NCBI GenBank assembly: GCA_036172245.1
Contig: JAYWIR010000035.1
Location: 1,240,001-1,304,000 of the forward strand
Length of the DNA: 64,000 nucleotides
Reading direction: 5' to 3'
Source of the DNA: Raillietiella orientalis
Lineage: Eukaryota
Part shown: positions 1-14,977 of the stretch, piece after piece
Position numbering within the stretch: position 1 is the first letter of the stretch
Layout: every line of letters begins with the position of its first letter
Program-made: the position numbers and the translations under genes
Notes under the pieces: generated by a model
Database searches by the model: none
Told to the model about the DNA's origin: nothing
Seen by the model: only the letters and a program-made list of their open reading frames with translations

Positions 1-3000
1 TTGACGACTACTCAAATCGCTGAATAGTCGGGAACACGAGTGTGTTTTTCCAGTGCACGAGATTTCTTGCACCGTAATTAGTCCACTATGTTTTTGCCTT
101 AAACATGAAATGTTAAGTAATGATGAGAGTATACTGTCCTGAAGGGGGCCAAAAAAAAAAAAAAAAAATATCGATTTCACCGTTGCTGCTGTCGTCTTCT
201 TCTGTCAAACCTTCTGAGGAAAATGAAGAGAAGACTATTGAACCACTGTTTCTGAAATATGTGTTAAAAAATATGACTAATGACTGAGGTGATCTTTCTG
301 TGGGATTATCGGCTGTGAATGTTCCAATCATTGCGAGTAGAAAGCGAAAAGTGAAATTTTAAAATTCACCGAACGAATTTCTGGACAGAAATCAATCAGC
401 AATAACAGCTTTGGTTCCGCAAATCATACCATTACTTGGTGAGAAACTTGGAAGCATTCAAGTTTCTTTGACTTGTCAAGATAAGAATGCAACCCATCTT
501 GGAAGGAACCCGGGATGGCAAAGCCACTCTGTTCCTTGATTCCAAGTCATGAAGAGCAGCAGAATGCCCAGTGTTTCTCGTCTTGCAAAGTTGCAGTCCT
601 GTCGAGTTGGAAAGAAGTGCCATAAGGAAACGTCCAAGTTTGAAAATAATCCCTTTAGACTTTTCAAAGACGTGTTGATGCAAGTGTCACCGACAGACTG
701 GACACTGACAGGACGCTCAAGAAATGATGGGTGTAAACGAGCACAGTTCCAGAATTCCAGGAAACGAATGAGTTGCTGAAAACCTTTTCATCACACTACG
801 ATCTGGAGAGTCAGCTTTTCGTATCTGACCATTGAGGAGTCGGTGCTTTCACCGGGGCCACACTTATTCTTTATTTGGCTTTCGAGTCCGTTTACTCGGT
901 CTAATGTGTGAAAGGGCGGAAGCTTTTGATTCGCAACAGAATAAGAAGGAACATTGCATCACAGTATAAATATTCTTTTTGTTTGTAGTTGCTGGCAATT
1001 ATTGCAATTATTACTCGAAGTTGCTTGCAGTGGTATTTGTTCAATACCGGAATGTATTATGTAAGCCAATTTTAGAAGAAGGAAAAAAAAAAAAAAAATT
1101 CAGAGGCAAGAAAAATCCCGGCATCTTTTGCGCTAAAAGGGTTAATGAAAATCCAGTGACGATGCTTGCACCGAATTTGCATGAATTGAGTGACCGAAGG
1201 AGATCCGTTTGTTTCGTGCTGGCCGCAGCTCTGTCCTCACTTTTCAATGTTGCAAAAAAACACCTTCTCGAATTCCCCTGATTTCTGTGGAGATGTGAAT
1301 TTGCTCCTGCGCGTTAGGTGATGGGCTGTGACACATCCGCACAATGCCTATATTTGAACGAGATGCAGTACTGAATGTGCCATCACAAAGAACTCGGGTA
1401 ATTACTATAACATAAGCATCAAATAGTTTGGGAGACTCGGACGGAAGTCGTGGTTGTAAAAAGGCAAAAAATTCAGAACAAGAGCAAGAAAAGGGAACAA
1501 GAAAATAGTACATGAAATCTGAATCTTGGATGGTCTTTTTTTGGGGATTGTTCGCCTATCACTACGGGCAAAAAGAAAAAAGTAGGGGGGAGGGAAGGGG
1601 TGCTCCACAGTCAGTTGCGATTGAAGTATTCCTGGGAGACGTGAAAATTCGGTCTTTCCATTGTACACGGAACAGTGACTTCACTGAAGCTGAGAAGGCG
1701 ACTCGGAAGAGAATTAAGTGCAATCAAGGATGAACTTTTTACTTGCGTCCTTGTAAGAGGAACTTCAAACAGAAGTGACCGTCTATCTGTGGAGAGGAAT
1801 GTCAACGAGCACGACCTGATCAAACGAAGTGTGCCCAGACGAAGACGAACGGAAACACAAATTTTCAGTTTTTCGAAAACACTAGACGACGTGTGATGAT
1901 AAAGCACGTGCTCCAACCAAAAATGTATCTAAATGGGAATTTAGAATTAGCGAGATAAAATCAAGAAACTGCCTAATTTATTCCGAAAGCAAAGCGGCTT
2001 TGTTTTGCGCTGCTTGCGGACCACTGTGGGAATTTCATCTTATGCAACGGGTGGTTTTTCGGACCAGAAAAATGTTTCAGTTCGGATCATAAATTAGAGC
2101 TCTTCACAGCATAAACAATGTGAAATTATTTTATTGCTATAACAAAAAAAAAAAAAAAAATAGGGATTCGACTTGCGTTTTCAAAAAGCCAATAGGAGGA
2201 TGAAAAAATGTACCTCAGTGTGGTGTTTGAAAGGGTCGTTTCCCGCAGGCAAAAAAAAAAAAAAAAAATCAACCCCACTACCCAGAGCTCTTGAATTCGG
2301 AGAGGAAAAAAATATGTATATTTGGGCTTTAATATAGGATTAAGCCACCAAGAAGAACTGAAAATCCTGATGGAATAGAGATGGATGGAGCAGTGTTTAG
2401 AGGGATAGGATAAGAGTACATGATGTCCCTAAACACTGTAACCGCACTTGCTCCAAGATTTCTCAGCTTCGGTTCGTGGAAATGCATTTCAGCAAGCCAT
2501 ATTCATGAATGAAATTACGTGATCCTCTTATCCCAAGTGTTCACTCGGCTAGACACTCTGGATTTCACGAGAAAACACAATAGAGTGAGGGGGAGAGGAA
2601 AGAGAATCGCCATAAATTGGAAAACAGTACGGGCGTTAGTGAATGGTGGGGAAAAAAAGGAGAGAAAAAAAAAAAAAAAACCTAGAAAAGCTCAAATTCA
2701 AGTTCGATCATATGGGGTTACATATATTGAATTTTGCATTTGCGAAAAACCAAGAAAACACAAGAATGTAAGATCAAGGGAACCATTAGATTCAGATTCT
2801 GAATCACTCAACGTGAGTTCAGATTGCACATTGTGAAAGGTACATTGATTCGATCGACCAGGGAAGATGCCTGCCGAAGAATTATCATCCACCTTCACAG
2901 ATATTTAACGGCACCTGAATGAAGAAAAGCGAATCTGTTGATCAAAACAGTGATGACTGGAGTAGAGAGACACAGCCTATTTATCGTAATGAAGGTGGAG

Positions 3001-3629
3001 TTGCGAATGCTTGCAGAGGCTGGGTCGAAGGTATTTCTGAAGTTTGTTAAATTATTTGAATTTTTTCATACATCTTCGTATTCGAAACAAACATTCCCAT
3101 GTGATACGAAAATAGCTCTCTGCAAAAAATGACTCCGACGATGAAATTCCCTTGTACACTTGTACAGTGTGAAGAACTTCATGATGGTTCATTATGTTGG
3201 ATAGAAACGGTGGCAAAATGCAGAATAGTGTTTTATAAATTCCGGGAAAAGAATAGCATAAGAACACACTAGGAACGTCCAGATAATACTCGTGCTTTTT
3301 TTTTTTTTTTTTCCACTTGAATTTCTGGATCCAATAGTCATATGGTTTGCAAGATAAACGGTACGGTGTGCGTCGCACCTGTTGACTAGTGGATCATCAT
3401 ATCATTATGGTCATCTCGGGAGCTTCACGAATCTTCAGATTCGATGCTGAGAGAGGGAGCAATAAGATTAGGGTAATGGGCATGATTGAATTCGAAAATA
3501 AACAGCTAGACAGGATACAGTGAAAGATGAGAAATTAAAACAGATCTTCAAGTGAAGCAGCAGAAGGAAAAGAAGAAGAAGAAGGAAAAAAAAAAAGATT
3601 GTATTTAGAAACTCTTGGAAACGGGGCGT

Positions 3630-3822
3630 CACATCCATTCGAAAATCATTTCGTTTTCGCTAAAGTCATTTGCAGGTTCTATAGGCATGTTTTCGAAGGA
3701 ATCGACCATCTGGAAGTTTCTGGCAAATTCGCGCGAAAATGCATCAGCAGGGGAAGGAAAACTGCACAAAAACAGTGCAGATTTGCTGCACAAGCAACAG
3801 GGAAGCGTGAGCGATTATCTCA
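3630..3822 (-). mobile_element. Possible Polinton/Maverick DNA polymerase B exonuclease remnant
   Basis: IIAH, then ~37 codons later MVDSFENMP (cf. IAHN...FIDS+NFMP), then PFP. Confidence 0.3.
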
Positions 3823-6800
3823 AAAGGACTGCTGACGTACGGAAGCTGACTTTGATCATCTTAAAAGAAAGATCCTCGATAGAAGAGTAGGGTGAGGTAG
3901 TGTGGAGAGGGGAAACGAACGTTCATAAGATGAGTATTCCGAAATGATTACATTATCATGATTGAACAAATTAAATTATCATCTAAAAGTATCGCTAGGT
4001 CTCAAAAAGCTTACAGAGTTGCAGCCTTTTCTGCATCACCGTGCAATTTTTTTTGGCAATTTTTGGGAAGAAAATGCAAGTGTTGCTTTTGCTCCCTTTT
4101 TTTAACCCTTGTCAAAAGGAAAAGATCAAAGGTTAAAAAGGTTTGAAAGTCTGGGAAACCATGGTGGTGACGTGAATATTGGATGCTGCCGAGGATGTCG
4201 ATCCCCGGAATGCTGGAGATAGGACTTCGCAGGTAGGAAGCAACTCGCTTGCGGATTCAAGAGTACTTCTTCCACCTGCTGCCTCTGGTATGCTGTTAGA
4301 AAGGCTGCCATCGTCCATCCTCCCCACTGTTGTTGGACTTTGTCTTAAATAATCAGCCGCACCTAACAGGTGCAAATCCGAGCGATTAATTACTCCCGGT
4401 CGATGGCTCATATTTTCCATCAGGTGTCCACTCTTGCTCATAAAACAGACGATCAATCAATCAGAAGGGATCCAGGATTAAAACAAAAGGCAATTTCTGC
4501 ATCACCTCTGCCTTGTTGCTTTGCCACACTTTTTCATTCTCACCAGATAGATCGCTTCAGTACTTTGGCAAATGTCTTGCTGAGGAGTAGAAAACAAAAA
4601 TAAACCAACTGGAGTTTCACAAGCAGGAATAAGAGAACGGTAAGTTCTTCCTTCCAGGAAGGATGCGTTCTCCTTCACAGTTTTCAGTCCAAGAGTGGAT
4701 GCAGCCTAGGTAGATTGGGGCTATTAGATTCTTTCTGCCGTTGCCAAAACAATCTTCTTTTACATCTGCAATGTCAACTTGCATACATTTTCTGAAGTTT
4801 ATAGATTCTTGCTTTGCCTTTAGCTACCAAACTGCTGCGCTTGCCATTATCATCTTCATGATTATGAATCATTTTCTTAAGCGCATAGTGGGCCTTGAGT
4901 TTTTCCATTTTCATCTTCGGCGCTAACGATTACTGCTGCAGCCATTTGTCTCAACACGAAGGGACCATTCTATTTGACCAATTTCTTCGACAACCAGGTG
5001 CTCAAGAAAAAATGAAGGCTATCTTTCGGATTCGACTCGATTTCTTCCCTCATATTCTTCTAATGCCTCTTCTTAGGAGAAGACTGGAAGAATAGTATTA
5101 CAATGATAATCACAACAACAAAAGAATGGCTTTCATAATAGTAATTCCTAGTCCATACAAGACCTTCCCTATTATTACCACTCTGGATTACAAGCCGGGT
5201 TCTCTCCTTCGCAATTTCTAGGCAAGCACAACGAGGATGTGCTATCTTCCTCTTCCTTCTTCGCTATACCACTCTGTAGCCCTCTGAAGTCAGGCGTCCC
5301 AAACACAGAGACCAGCGGCGTCGACGGCGCAGACGCGGGTTCTTCTCCGGCCCTTGAGGATACGCCGTGGCTCATTTCCGGTCGAATCGCCGAACTCTTT
5401 CCCTCGTCCCAAAGCAAGGCGACGAGTTTCCCTGCCAGCTTCCGCTTTGCCTTTTGGACTTCTCAACTCTTCTTCGGCGGTCAATTCGTTCATGTTGAAT
5501 GTTCTGCTGCAACCACGCTCCCCGCCGCCTTTAGCCCGATTGCCACATCTCAGCTGTGTTGCCCGGGAAGGTCGAATTTCCTTTTTTCTCCATGACAGTC
5601 TCAAAAAAAAGAACAGAAGTTACGAGCTTTCTAGAGCGCTGCCGCAGTGCTTAAAGAGTTACCACATGATGTGGCGTTTTTTTCATGTTGCATTTGCGCG
5701 TTAAGTAGTGGCTCGAGGTTTTCGTGCATTCCTTCCACTTTAGGTCCCCCTCCCCCCCTCCTTCCATTTCCGACCCATGTTCCTGTGATGCCATGGACCG
5801 GAGCATATGAATTTCAAAATATAATTCTTACACATTTGCGCACGGATTATGATTTTTATTTTTATTTTTTTTTTTTACAGCCACGCGAAAACTTGTTTTC
5901 TGAGTCCTTTCTTATATTCTCACAGAAATTGATTTCTTTGGAAAAAAAAAATCCTACATGAAAGAAAATAGTCACAATCTATCATCAAAAAGATTTTCTA
6001 GTCAGGAGGGTCCAGTAAGTCGGCCGATTAGAAGATAACATAAGTTATATTTTTCCGTTTCTTATTCTCAGCTTCCCAATTTCGAAATAGTGCTTTTATC
6101 GTATTCCGAGAACAAATGTATCTTCCTTTGCACCTTAAATAAACGAAGATGGAGGGATAGCTGATCTTGAGAAATATCCATACTCGTGTCGTAAAGCATC
6201 CTTGGATAGCATTTTTTTTTTTTATTAGTGCTGATTTTAGGTGGTGCATCAGAATACATCGGGATGCGCGTTACATCAGTGACGGAACAGTTTAAAGCCA
6301 CAATTTCAGGCAAAAAACTCCAAATATCTCACAGGAGCACGGGAATACTCAGCTGATTATTAGTCTCTCAAAGACTGCTGCTATCGTTACTGTGACTTCA
6401 CTTTTTTAAAAAAAAAAAAAAATTCGTTTTCAGCGGAGATCGATCACCGTGGAATATTTAAGTATTTTCCCTAGATTCTGTACCTGTCCTGGAGAGAGTG
6501 CTAATGTTTGTCACCATACCATCCATCCGTTTCCACAAAAAACAGCTAATTATCTATCTTTTTTTGGTAGGAAGAAGAAGAAATCAATTTTACCCCGAGT
6601 GCCCGAGATTCTCGGTGGATCGAAAGGAAAGATCACAAAAAAATAATAAAAAATGGAAAAAAGTAAACTATGTAAGCAGAATTGAAAGCGATTCACGATT
6701 TACCTTATGATGATAAGCGGAAAACGCCATTTTTCTGTCTGAAGTTCATGCAGCATCAGTAAACACTGCGGCTGCTGTCGAAATCTCACAGGTAGTTGAG

Positions 6801-9079
6801 GAGCAACCAGCAAAAACCAGGTTTCCGTTGCTGTCGTATTACGCAAGGCCAGACGAAGAGAAATGCAAACCATGTGTGAACGGTTAAGCAAAATGGCATT
6901 ATTAGTAAAACAGCAGTAATTGGGATCGTAGGTCAAAGCTAATCAGCCACCCGAGAAAATGACTGATGGTGACCAGCGACTGGAACAACACTTGCGCATC
7001 ACACGAAACGAGCAGCCACGCTCACCCCAAACGACCTATCCATCTCCTTGGATGCTCGCAATTCTTAGCGACAGCATCAAGCACCACCACGTTGATGGAA
7101 TAAAGATGAATGGGAACAGTGAATGAAATCTCGAATAATGGGAACGACGAGAAAAGGCTACAGCGAGAGTGTCAGTTTTCGCCTGAGATACCGCAGCGCT
7201 ACACAGATTTCTGAATTTTTTCTCTTCGAACACGAAAATCACCAAGACAAGGGGCAGGGTCACCAGAGCTGCGCATGCCCTACCCCTTCGAGTATGAAAA
7301 GTCCGGCTACCGCCGACCCATGGGTATCGACCTATGCTTCCTACTCCAGAGAATGGGAAAAAGAAAACGTAATGGGAAGTTAGAGCGGGTTACATGACTG
7401 TTACTCTCATGAGGATGCAGGAGAGATTCCCAACAAAACTTTTCCTGCTTTCACGTGAAAATCCATCCTGTCTTCCATAGGTTCTCTCAGGCTGCAGATC
7501 CAGCAGCTGCTTGCAAGTCATCCGGGTTTTCCCCTTGACTGCATCTGCTATTTATAACTTCTTTCGTGATTTCCCTGCACGTTCAAGTACTCCTTTCTTG
7601 CTTGCACCACGAATCTACGCCGCAGTTTCCTCCCTGTATGGTAAATTTCTTGCATCACCCCATCAGCCAGGGAAGCGATCTTCGTTTCAAAGCTTTCCAA
7701 GTGGAGCAAGAACAAAGATACAGCCAGAAAGACAGCCGCTGCGTGCCCGACGTCCGGAAAGGGCTCGGATTCTTTTCAGGCATGAAAAGAGACGTAATGA
7801 ACTGACCGGTTTGGGAAGGCATCTGGAAAAATTCTGAATGTTTGCACATGTCTGGCCATCTTGGAGGTGAGGCAGCCAACGGGCGACAAGGGTGCAGTCA
7901 GGTGCCCCGACACGAGCCTTGAACTTGAGAATCGGCCATACCTCCTCGTAAGGATACAGTGGACGTGTATAGGGATAGCTACGGTTATGCCAGGGACGAA
8001 TAAGGAGAGTCATTTGTCTACGGAACGTGGCTCCCTTACGAAAAAGCGATCAGATAGACCCATGAAGTCTGTGCCTCTCAGTCAGTACACTCAATCGCAT
8101 GATCGAGCATGAAAAACGGTACGGAAGAAGATATTGCCAAACCAGACCCATTAGATTCATGGCTTTGGAGAAACTCAAGCGTCTCCGGAAGAACTCTGGA
8201 GCGAGCGTAGGTATTCCCACAATCCGCATTCGTTGTGGGGTAGCAACGGACAACACCGGAACACCTGACACAGCATGCTAAGATCCCTGCCTGTCGCATC
8301 CCTGAATATGCTCTGATTCCTTTCTCGTTAGCAGTTTGCCTCGAGCTCCCGAGGACTGAAGCGAAAAATTCTTTCTCTTGGATGGAGAGAGCTAAGCTAG
8401 ACAGATGAAATCCGGGACCAGAACGCGGCATCCAGACTTTCTGCTCTCGGGGGTAAAGGGCAGCGCGTTCCTTTGCGGCCGAAAAGTTGCAAGCCGTTGG
8501 AAGCGAAGTTTCGACAAAAAACAGCAAACAAACCAAAATCGAAACAGTGCGGTGGTCATGACGACATAACCACGACCGAAAAAATCCTCAGAGCATTCAT
8601 CAACTGTACAAAAGGACATTTTCATCACGTGGGTGCACCGCAGCTCGAAGCCAGCTTGGAGATTTACTGCAGACTCATCTGTAATATGCCACTGTTTCCG
8701 AGAGGCTGCATGGTCCTCAAATATAAAGCTCTTTCGCATCACACTGGAAGCAAACTGAACTGCGACATGGAAATTAAAAAACGACAGCATTCGTGAATGC
8801 AGATAAAAACCCTATCGGAGACCAAAATTGTAGGAGAGAAAAAAAAAAAAAAGGCACACGCACAAAAAGTTCATTCAGTGGAAACTCTTGGAACGTTCCT
8901 CTTGATCAATGGGGAGAAAGAAAGGGGTTGTTTAATCATGAACCTCAAGGTCACGCAAGTCTCAGGGGAGCACTTGTGGCAAAATAGACTGTGGAGAAAT
9001 GAACAGCGGGAAGGTGATCACCAATAAAGAGGTAATGCTATGGCATGCTCAATCCGTGTAGGGTGCTGAAGATTGTGGC

Positions 9080-9560
9080 AGCAATTTCCATTCAACGATT
9101 GCAAAGGAAGATTCGAGATCATGCCATTCACAAGGCAGGAAATCCGAGTCCTTACTGGGGTGCTTTCTTCCCTTTTGTCATGAATACGAATTCAAGTTCT
9201 TCCGCCTCTCTTTTGTATGGATACATTCCGTTTCTTTTCTCTCCACAGTGCCTTCAGTTTCGAACATCTCTTTAACTGGGATTCGTCGGGGCTTGGAATA
9301 TCCGGCAGCAATCTCTAGAGTCCGTTTCAACGCCTCATTTGTCGGAGCATCCCACAGGAAGACTTCAGACCAACTGACCTGCACAAGGAGTCGTCACGAA
9401 AAGATCAACCCTTCTTATAACGAATCGCGTTGGGTCGCACAAATACGCTGAACAGGCCGAATGGACAAAGCTGCTTGTTTGGAAGAGAGAGAGAGAGAGG
9501 AAAAAAGAAAAAAAAAACCCTCCAGGACCGGGTTCGTTTGTTTCTCCATCACACAGGGAC
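9080..9560 (-). mobile_element. Possible LINE ORF2 remnant
   Basis: EPGPGGF (cf. APGPDGF) and KGRKHPSKDSDFLP (cf. KPGKDPS.P.+YRP); spacing longer than expected. Confidence 0.3.
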
Positions 9561-10274
9561 CTCGGTACGCACGATCGTTTCCCAGGAGATGATCTGCAGA
9601 ACAAAACGAACAATGCGAGGCATCATCTTGCTGGTCCATAGAAACTTGCTAGTCCTCCATTTTCAATCCTCTGCGTGCATCAAGCTGAGTACTCTGCTGA
9701 TGAGGCAGAGAAAAACTGTTCTACGAACCTTCATCTAATGTAGAGAGATGCCTTCGAGTTCTGCTAAACTGCCATACTCGTAATTCTTTCCAAAACCAAC
9801 GAAAGCGCCAAACCATTTTTCAAACACTTCCATTCTCGCTAAATAGACATTATTTAACAAGCCATGAATCGGAAATTAAATAGTGTTCATCAAAGCATCA
9901 AACTGTACAGCAATGGAAGAATGGCGGGGGCAAGAAAAAAAGGTAAAAAAACGGGGAAAAAAAAAAGCAATTGATTTTCGGAATTTTTTTTATTATATTC
10001 TATGAATTTGGGGTAGAAAGATGTGTTGGTGTTGGTGTTGGTGGTCTCAGCATTCCGTTTTCTTCAAACACGGTTCTTTATGGCAAAAGATTACGAACCA
10101 TCTTATTACACTGAAAACATTGAGTGTGGTCCGTGAAATTATTCAAATTGTGTGTGTCTTCCAATTTAGATGGAATATGTTGCCCAAGAGCGAACTTGGC
10201 AGAGAAATAATTTATTCAATATATACATTTCATCCGAAAATTGACTGCGTGAGTCCTGAGCGTTGAAGGATGGA

Positions 10275-10332
10275 AAGAGAAAGAGAGAGAGAGAGAGAGA
10301 CAGAGAAAGAGAGAGAGAGAGAGAGAGGGAGA
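10275..10332 (+). repeat. Imperfect (GA)n microsatellite
   Basis: Directly visible GA tract. Confidence 0.95.
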
Positions 10333-12149
10333 AAACTGTCATAGGCACAGATTTCTCGTTGCAATATATAAAACATAGGATGCTGCGTCATAAATATATT
10401 TCTCTCTCTCTCTAAATGTCACAGGTAACTCGCGATTTATTATTTCAATGATGCCACTTCTAGCACTCGAGTTTATGAATGAGATAATGATGTTTGTTTT
10501 GGTGTTTTTCATTTCGCTATTTTATATAATGCTTTGCCTTAAGCAGTGCACGTGTACAATGCAGTGCCAGCGAGTGCTCCTCAGATCATGAATCTGTGGA
10601 GTTCTATTTATAGAAAGGAAAGAGAGACCTCGATGGACCTCGATTGTCCATTTCCATTATGTTTTTTTTTTTTTTTCGAGTGCAAGGTCGTAAATAAAGT
10701 TTGTAAAGCACTTGGAATCATTATCCTTTTGCATAATTTGTTCTGCACCCTCCTGCAATCGGTTTTCCTTAATTTTCAATTCCCGGGTTACCTGGATGGG
10801 ATGATTTTCTGTATTTAAACTGAACCGTGCTCCAACGTGATGCTATTTGAAAAAGCGAGATTTCCTGCAATGGGAAACTCGGAGTAAATTTCGTACTTGG
10901 AAAAATGACTTTAGAATAAATTAGAAACAAAATCGATTGCACCCATATATTTTTTTTTTTTCCTGGAAGGAGGAGGGGAGGAAGGAGAGACAAATATGTG
11001 TTGTTTTCGGAAAACTGAGCTCAAATTCTCGCATCCTAATCAGCACTGTTATTTTCACGCAACATATTCAAGATACTTTGCAAGTCTCGTTTTAAATTCT
11101 GGCATGCGATATTAAAATTACGACCTTAGAAAATTACAATCCTTAATTACGTCAAAGGATTCGCGCGGCAGTCCAATCCAGCGTGCTGCCCGAAAGATGT
11201 GTTCTGAAAAAGAATTGCAAGATGGAGTCTGTTTGCCTGCTTACTCGCTGGCCACCCTCGTGGATTACTACTTTTGAATACCTAATTTAACACATGGTCT
11301 TATGTGGATTTGCGCCTGAGGTCTTGGAACCACCATTACGTCCATCCACCCGGTTAGGTGGATGCATTCGACCCGGCCTTCTTGCACACAGTGAAGTTTT
11401 GTAAACCCTCAACTGCAAAATCTGCTTTACTTAAGAAGATAAGAATAATCATTTGCCACATCGAAATCTTTTTTTTTTTTTTTTTTCTTTCATATCCATG
11501 AAATATGAAAAGGCCAACTGTCAACTATATATGATGAGTGAGTGAGAATCACGAAAGTTAAAACGGTAAACTACATACCGCCATTTATCTCTTTGGAGCT
11601 CAGTTTTGCTTTTAACTGATTATCAGTAAGTTACGGAAGAAGGATCTTACTTTTTTTTTTTAAAAAAAAAAAAAAAAAACAAATGCAAATAACTAATTAA
11701 GCATCCTCCACTTTTCATATCCTAGAGTTTTTTTTCCTTTTTATTGGACTGCCGTCGAACCAAAAAATGTGCTTTTCGTTGAGTTGAGAACTCTGACGTT
11801 CTCTTCTCTTTCCCTGGTAGAGAATTTCTGTTTTAGATCCTCTCTTGGATAAGTATGGAATCAACAAAATGGCAAAGACTTTCAATTTTGTGAGCATAAA
11901 TCTTCAAATGCGCGTATACTAAGATCATCGCACTTTATACTTGGCACATGCACATATGAGCATCCAGTACGTTGGCGTATGTATACACATCTATGTGTCC
12001 AAACATATTGTATGGACACTGATGGTAAGATCATTCCTACTGGAATATCCTATTCGCATATGTGCGAGAAAACTGTATGAATACACTACAGATGGAGAGA
12101 TCATTTACAAATCCAATATTGCACAGCATGTGTACGTACGCTCAAAGTT

Positions 12150-12990
12150 GAAAATCCCTTTGACCAGGTTTTCGAGTTGGACTTCGACTGCACCAATGGT
12201 TCTAAATATTCTATTCCTATTGAGGAGGATATAGCCATTTACTATTTACGTATGAATGCGTAAATTCAAGGGCGAGCCTTTTTTCGCAGAGGGTGTAAAG
12301 TCTCGCGATCATATCCATATATCATGAGCAAACTGATACCAAGATAATCTATCTACCTTGATGTGTACCATGATTTCAAAAATGTGCTCTGAGCGAAACT
12401 TCACCAGGTTTGCTCATGGAATACTTACGAGCACCCAGTTTCAAATGCTGCTGGATGTTAAGGCATACGATAATGAGCATATTTTTTCCAAATCTCAGAT
12501 TCCCTAATCTCAACTGAGGTCCATATGGCTATCATCTTTGATGCTTTGTAGCACCGGAAATTACAATGCAGTTTCAGAAATACAGTAAATAATGATGCAG
12601 TCAAAATAGTTGAAGCATTTTACCCTGGGTGTACTGTACAGGCTGGAAGATCAATTTGTTAATTGGATGCAAATCAATGGAGCGTCCGCTGTAAGGAGGA
12701 AAGGAATTTTCGGAATTACTAAATAGTTCCAATCTTCTATCATCGCTGATTGGTGGATCCCTGCCGCTTTAAAGACATATATAGTACCTAAAATTCTGTC
12801 TCCATTTTCTACTGTCCTTAATACAAATTCTAAAAGCACTGTGCATGCAAGCCATGTAATTCCTCGATCTTGTGTACAATCCTCCAAAAAAATATACAAT
12901 TTTTGATCAAACGAAACTCTACCGTGGGCGTGGAACTTTATGCTCCTCTTCCGTGCATAGCCGGTCAGTCGGACTGGATGTTCAAACATG
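12150..12990 (-). mobile_element. Decayed non-LTR (LINE) reverse transcriptase
   Basis: Colinear RT motifs: HPVRLTG...QKLYIFLE; TVLLEFV..VENGDRI..IYVFKAA; T(P)QG..ILTASLFTVFL; DD/IAIWTS (YADD box, ~12540-12514); DYLGISL (12349-12331); LNRNRIFRTI. Confidence 0.65.
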
Positions 12991-13789
12991 CGCAGCATGC
13001 ACAAAAGGATAATTAATTATCTTAATTTCGTTATTTTTGCTTAGCAAATATGACCTACGAAGAGAATTTTGGGGCTGCCCGAGGGTGGATGTGTGTGCTC
13101 AGATCCTCACGAGCGTGAGGATAAACGCCAGAATTTACGTAGGGCGTTTGTCCAAGCGCTCGTGAAAATTGGTTGCATGGATCCACGCAGACGCGTCGGA
13201 TACGCGGTGATGATGGTACATTCACTAATGTGGCTGCAGCACACAAAGATCTAATGATGATTTTCTCTAAGGGGACTCTCCTGTCTATGAAGGGCTCTGG
13301 AAATTCTAAACCGCGATCGTCGCTTTAGTCGGAGATCTTTTTAAATGAGTGAGTGGTCCTTCGACGGGAACCGAGTCGGAAAAAAAAAAAAAAAACAACC
13401 GACCGGAAGTCGAATTCGGACCCAGGGTACCCATTATGACATGGGGGTAGCGGAGATAATTTCATTCGGAAGACTGTGGCACTTGGTCTGGAGGATTTCT
13501 AAAATAGCGAGAGACGTGACTATTTCCCCCCCCCCCCCTCATTTGTAGACTCGAAAACTCTCCCGGGATTCACAGCTTTGAGAGCCAGGGCGATTCTTCG
13601 GAGGGTACAGTCTTCAGCTGCTGTGGCAGACTCTGGAGCTCGTCCCTCAGGTTTGTCGGCCCAATCCGATAGAAACTTTCGGAAGCAGTGGAGGTCTTGA
13701 ACTTTCTAAAGCTGCTGTCTCTCTCGGTTGGTTCTCAGTAGGTGCACAGAATGGCGTGTTTGCTTGTTCAACCCACTTTTGCAATTAAT

Positions 13790-14070
13790 CCGAGTTTCCA
13801 TCAACGCTAATTGCTTTGCCAATTGCTTAATCAACCGATTACGCACGAAGAAATCCCTCATTTGGAATCGGGGAGTCTTTGCTTAAGTGAGCGAGTCATC
13901 AGGAATGTGGCATGCTGGTTTCTCGGTCTTGCTTCCCTTGGTACATCAAGACTTCGAGAGCAGCACGAGATCAACATGCCACCGTGCTATTGCAGTCTCC
14001 AGAAGTTCGTTCTGCCAGTTTCCAGAAAAGTCGAAGGAAACCAGAAGTGCTGCAACCCAAATTTTTTGGA
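13790..14070 (-). mobile_element. hAT transposase C-terminal dimerisation remnant
   Basis: FWKLAERTSGDCNSTVAC*SR (cf. L.KLA.R+L..PASTAACER) followed by RNRLIKQLAKQL. Confidence 0.4.
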
Positions 14071-14977
14071 GGGATAGCTGACTTCTTCTTCCTCTCCCTC
14101 AGCAGAACAGGATCACTGAAGGGAGGCGCACACTGGTGCCTCCCTTTAGCTATCGAATGACCTGCAACCACGTGGCGGGATCCAGCTGGGAGCAGAGTTG
14201 CTGATTGCTTCCTGCTGAGCACCGTTCCCTTCCTTCCCAAGTTCTTTCCTGCATTGAGTTACCTGATTGGGGAACCTAGTTATATCATATCAGGATCCCT
14301 TCCTGAGTTTCGGCCCTAACGAGGCTGTTTTTGATATCTCTAAAAGCTTCTTGGCTAAAAGAGGCTTCCTCTCTGAATGCGACTTTTCCCTATTTTCTTA
14401 GTTCGAGGACTTCAAGAATAAAGGGAGCGACAGCAATCGAGGTGTTCTGTTCAACAGACAAACGGTCAAGCAGGCACGCGTTGCTTTTTTAAACGCTTTC
14501 CCTGGTCGTGGGGGCAGGAAATCCGTGTAACTCTGTACATGGGAAAACCTTCATGAGAGAGAGGACTCCAGACGGACGAAAGGGTTGAGCAGAAGGATCA
14601 AAGCACAGCAAGGGGATGGAGTGCCCTGATGAGAGCTGCAAGCAAGTGGCTCATGGAGATGCTCTGCCATGGACTGTAAATTAGGTATCTTTACGTCACC
14701 AATAACTACCTGTAATCAAGTTAAAAACGCATCTCTGGGGCAAGTGTGAAGTGATGATGGTAAAAGTGAATAAATCAATCCCGGATTCCCCTTTCACTTC
14801 ACGCAAACCGTGATGAGTGTAGTAGTAGAATACCACGATGGGGTTACGCGGTTCCATCTTGCGCAGTGAGCTGGTAAGTTGCTTTGTCCTGGGGAGTAGG
14901 CAGTGGTGCATCGAAATTTTGATGTTCCGTGTTCCCTCGCGCAACAGCAGACTATTCTGATTTTTTTTTTTCTTCTT

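Noticed and set aside
6800..6900. LLNRS...TATETWF, LINE endonuclease-like (minus strand)
   Set aside because: No downstream GDFN/SDH motifs found.
8120..8260. DPLDSWLWRNSS, hAT-like (also LPPTSCP at ~20940, minus strand)
   Set aside because: Single motifs without colinear support.
11387..11425. CACAGTG heptamers (also ~18374, 50226, 59271) as RSS/TIR
   Set aside because: No nonamer at 12/23 spacing; this count is unsurprising in 64 kb and none flanks the element.
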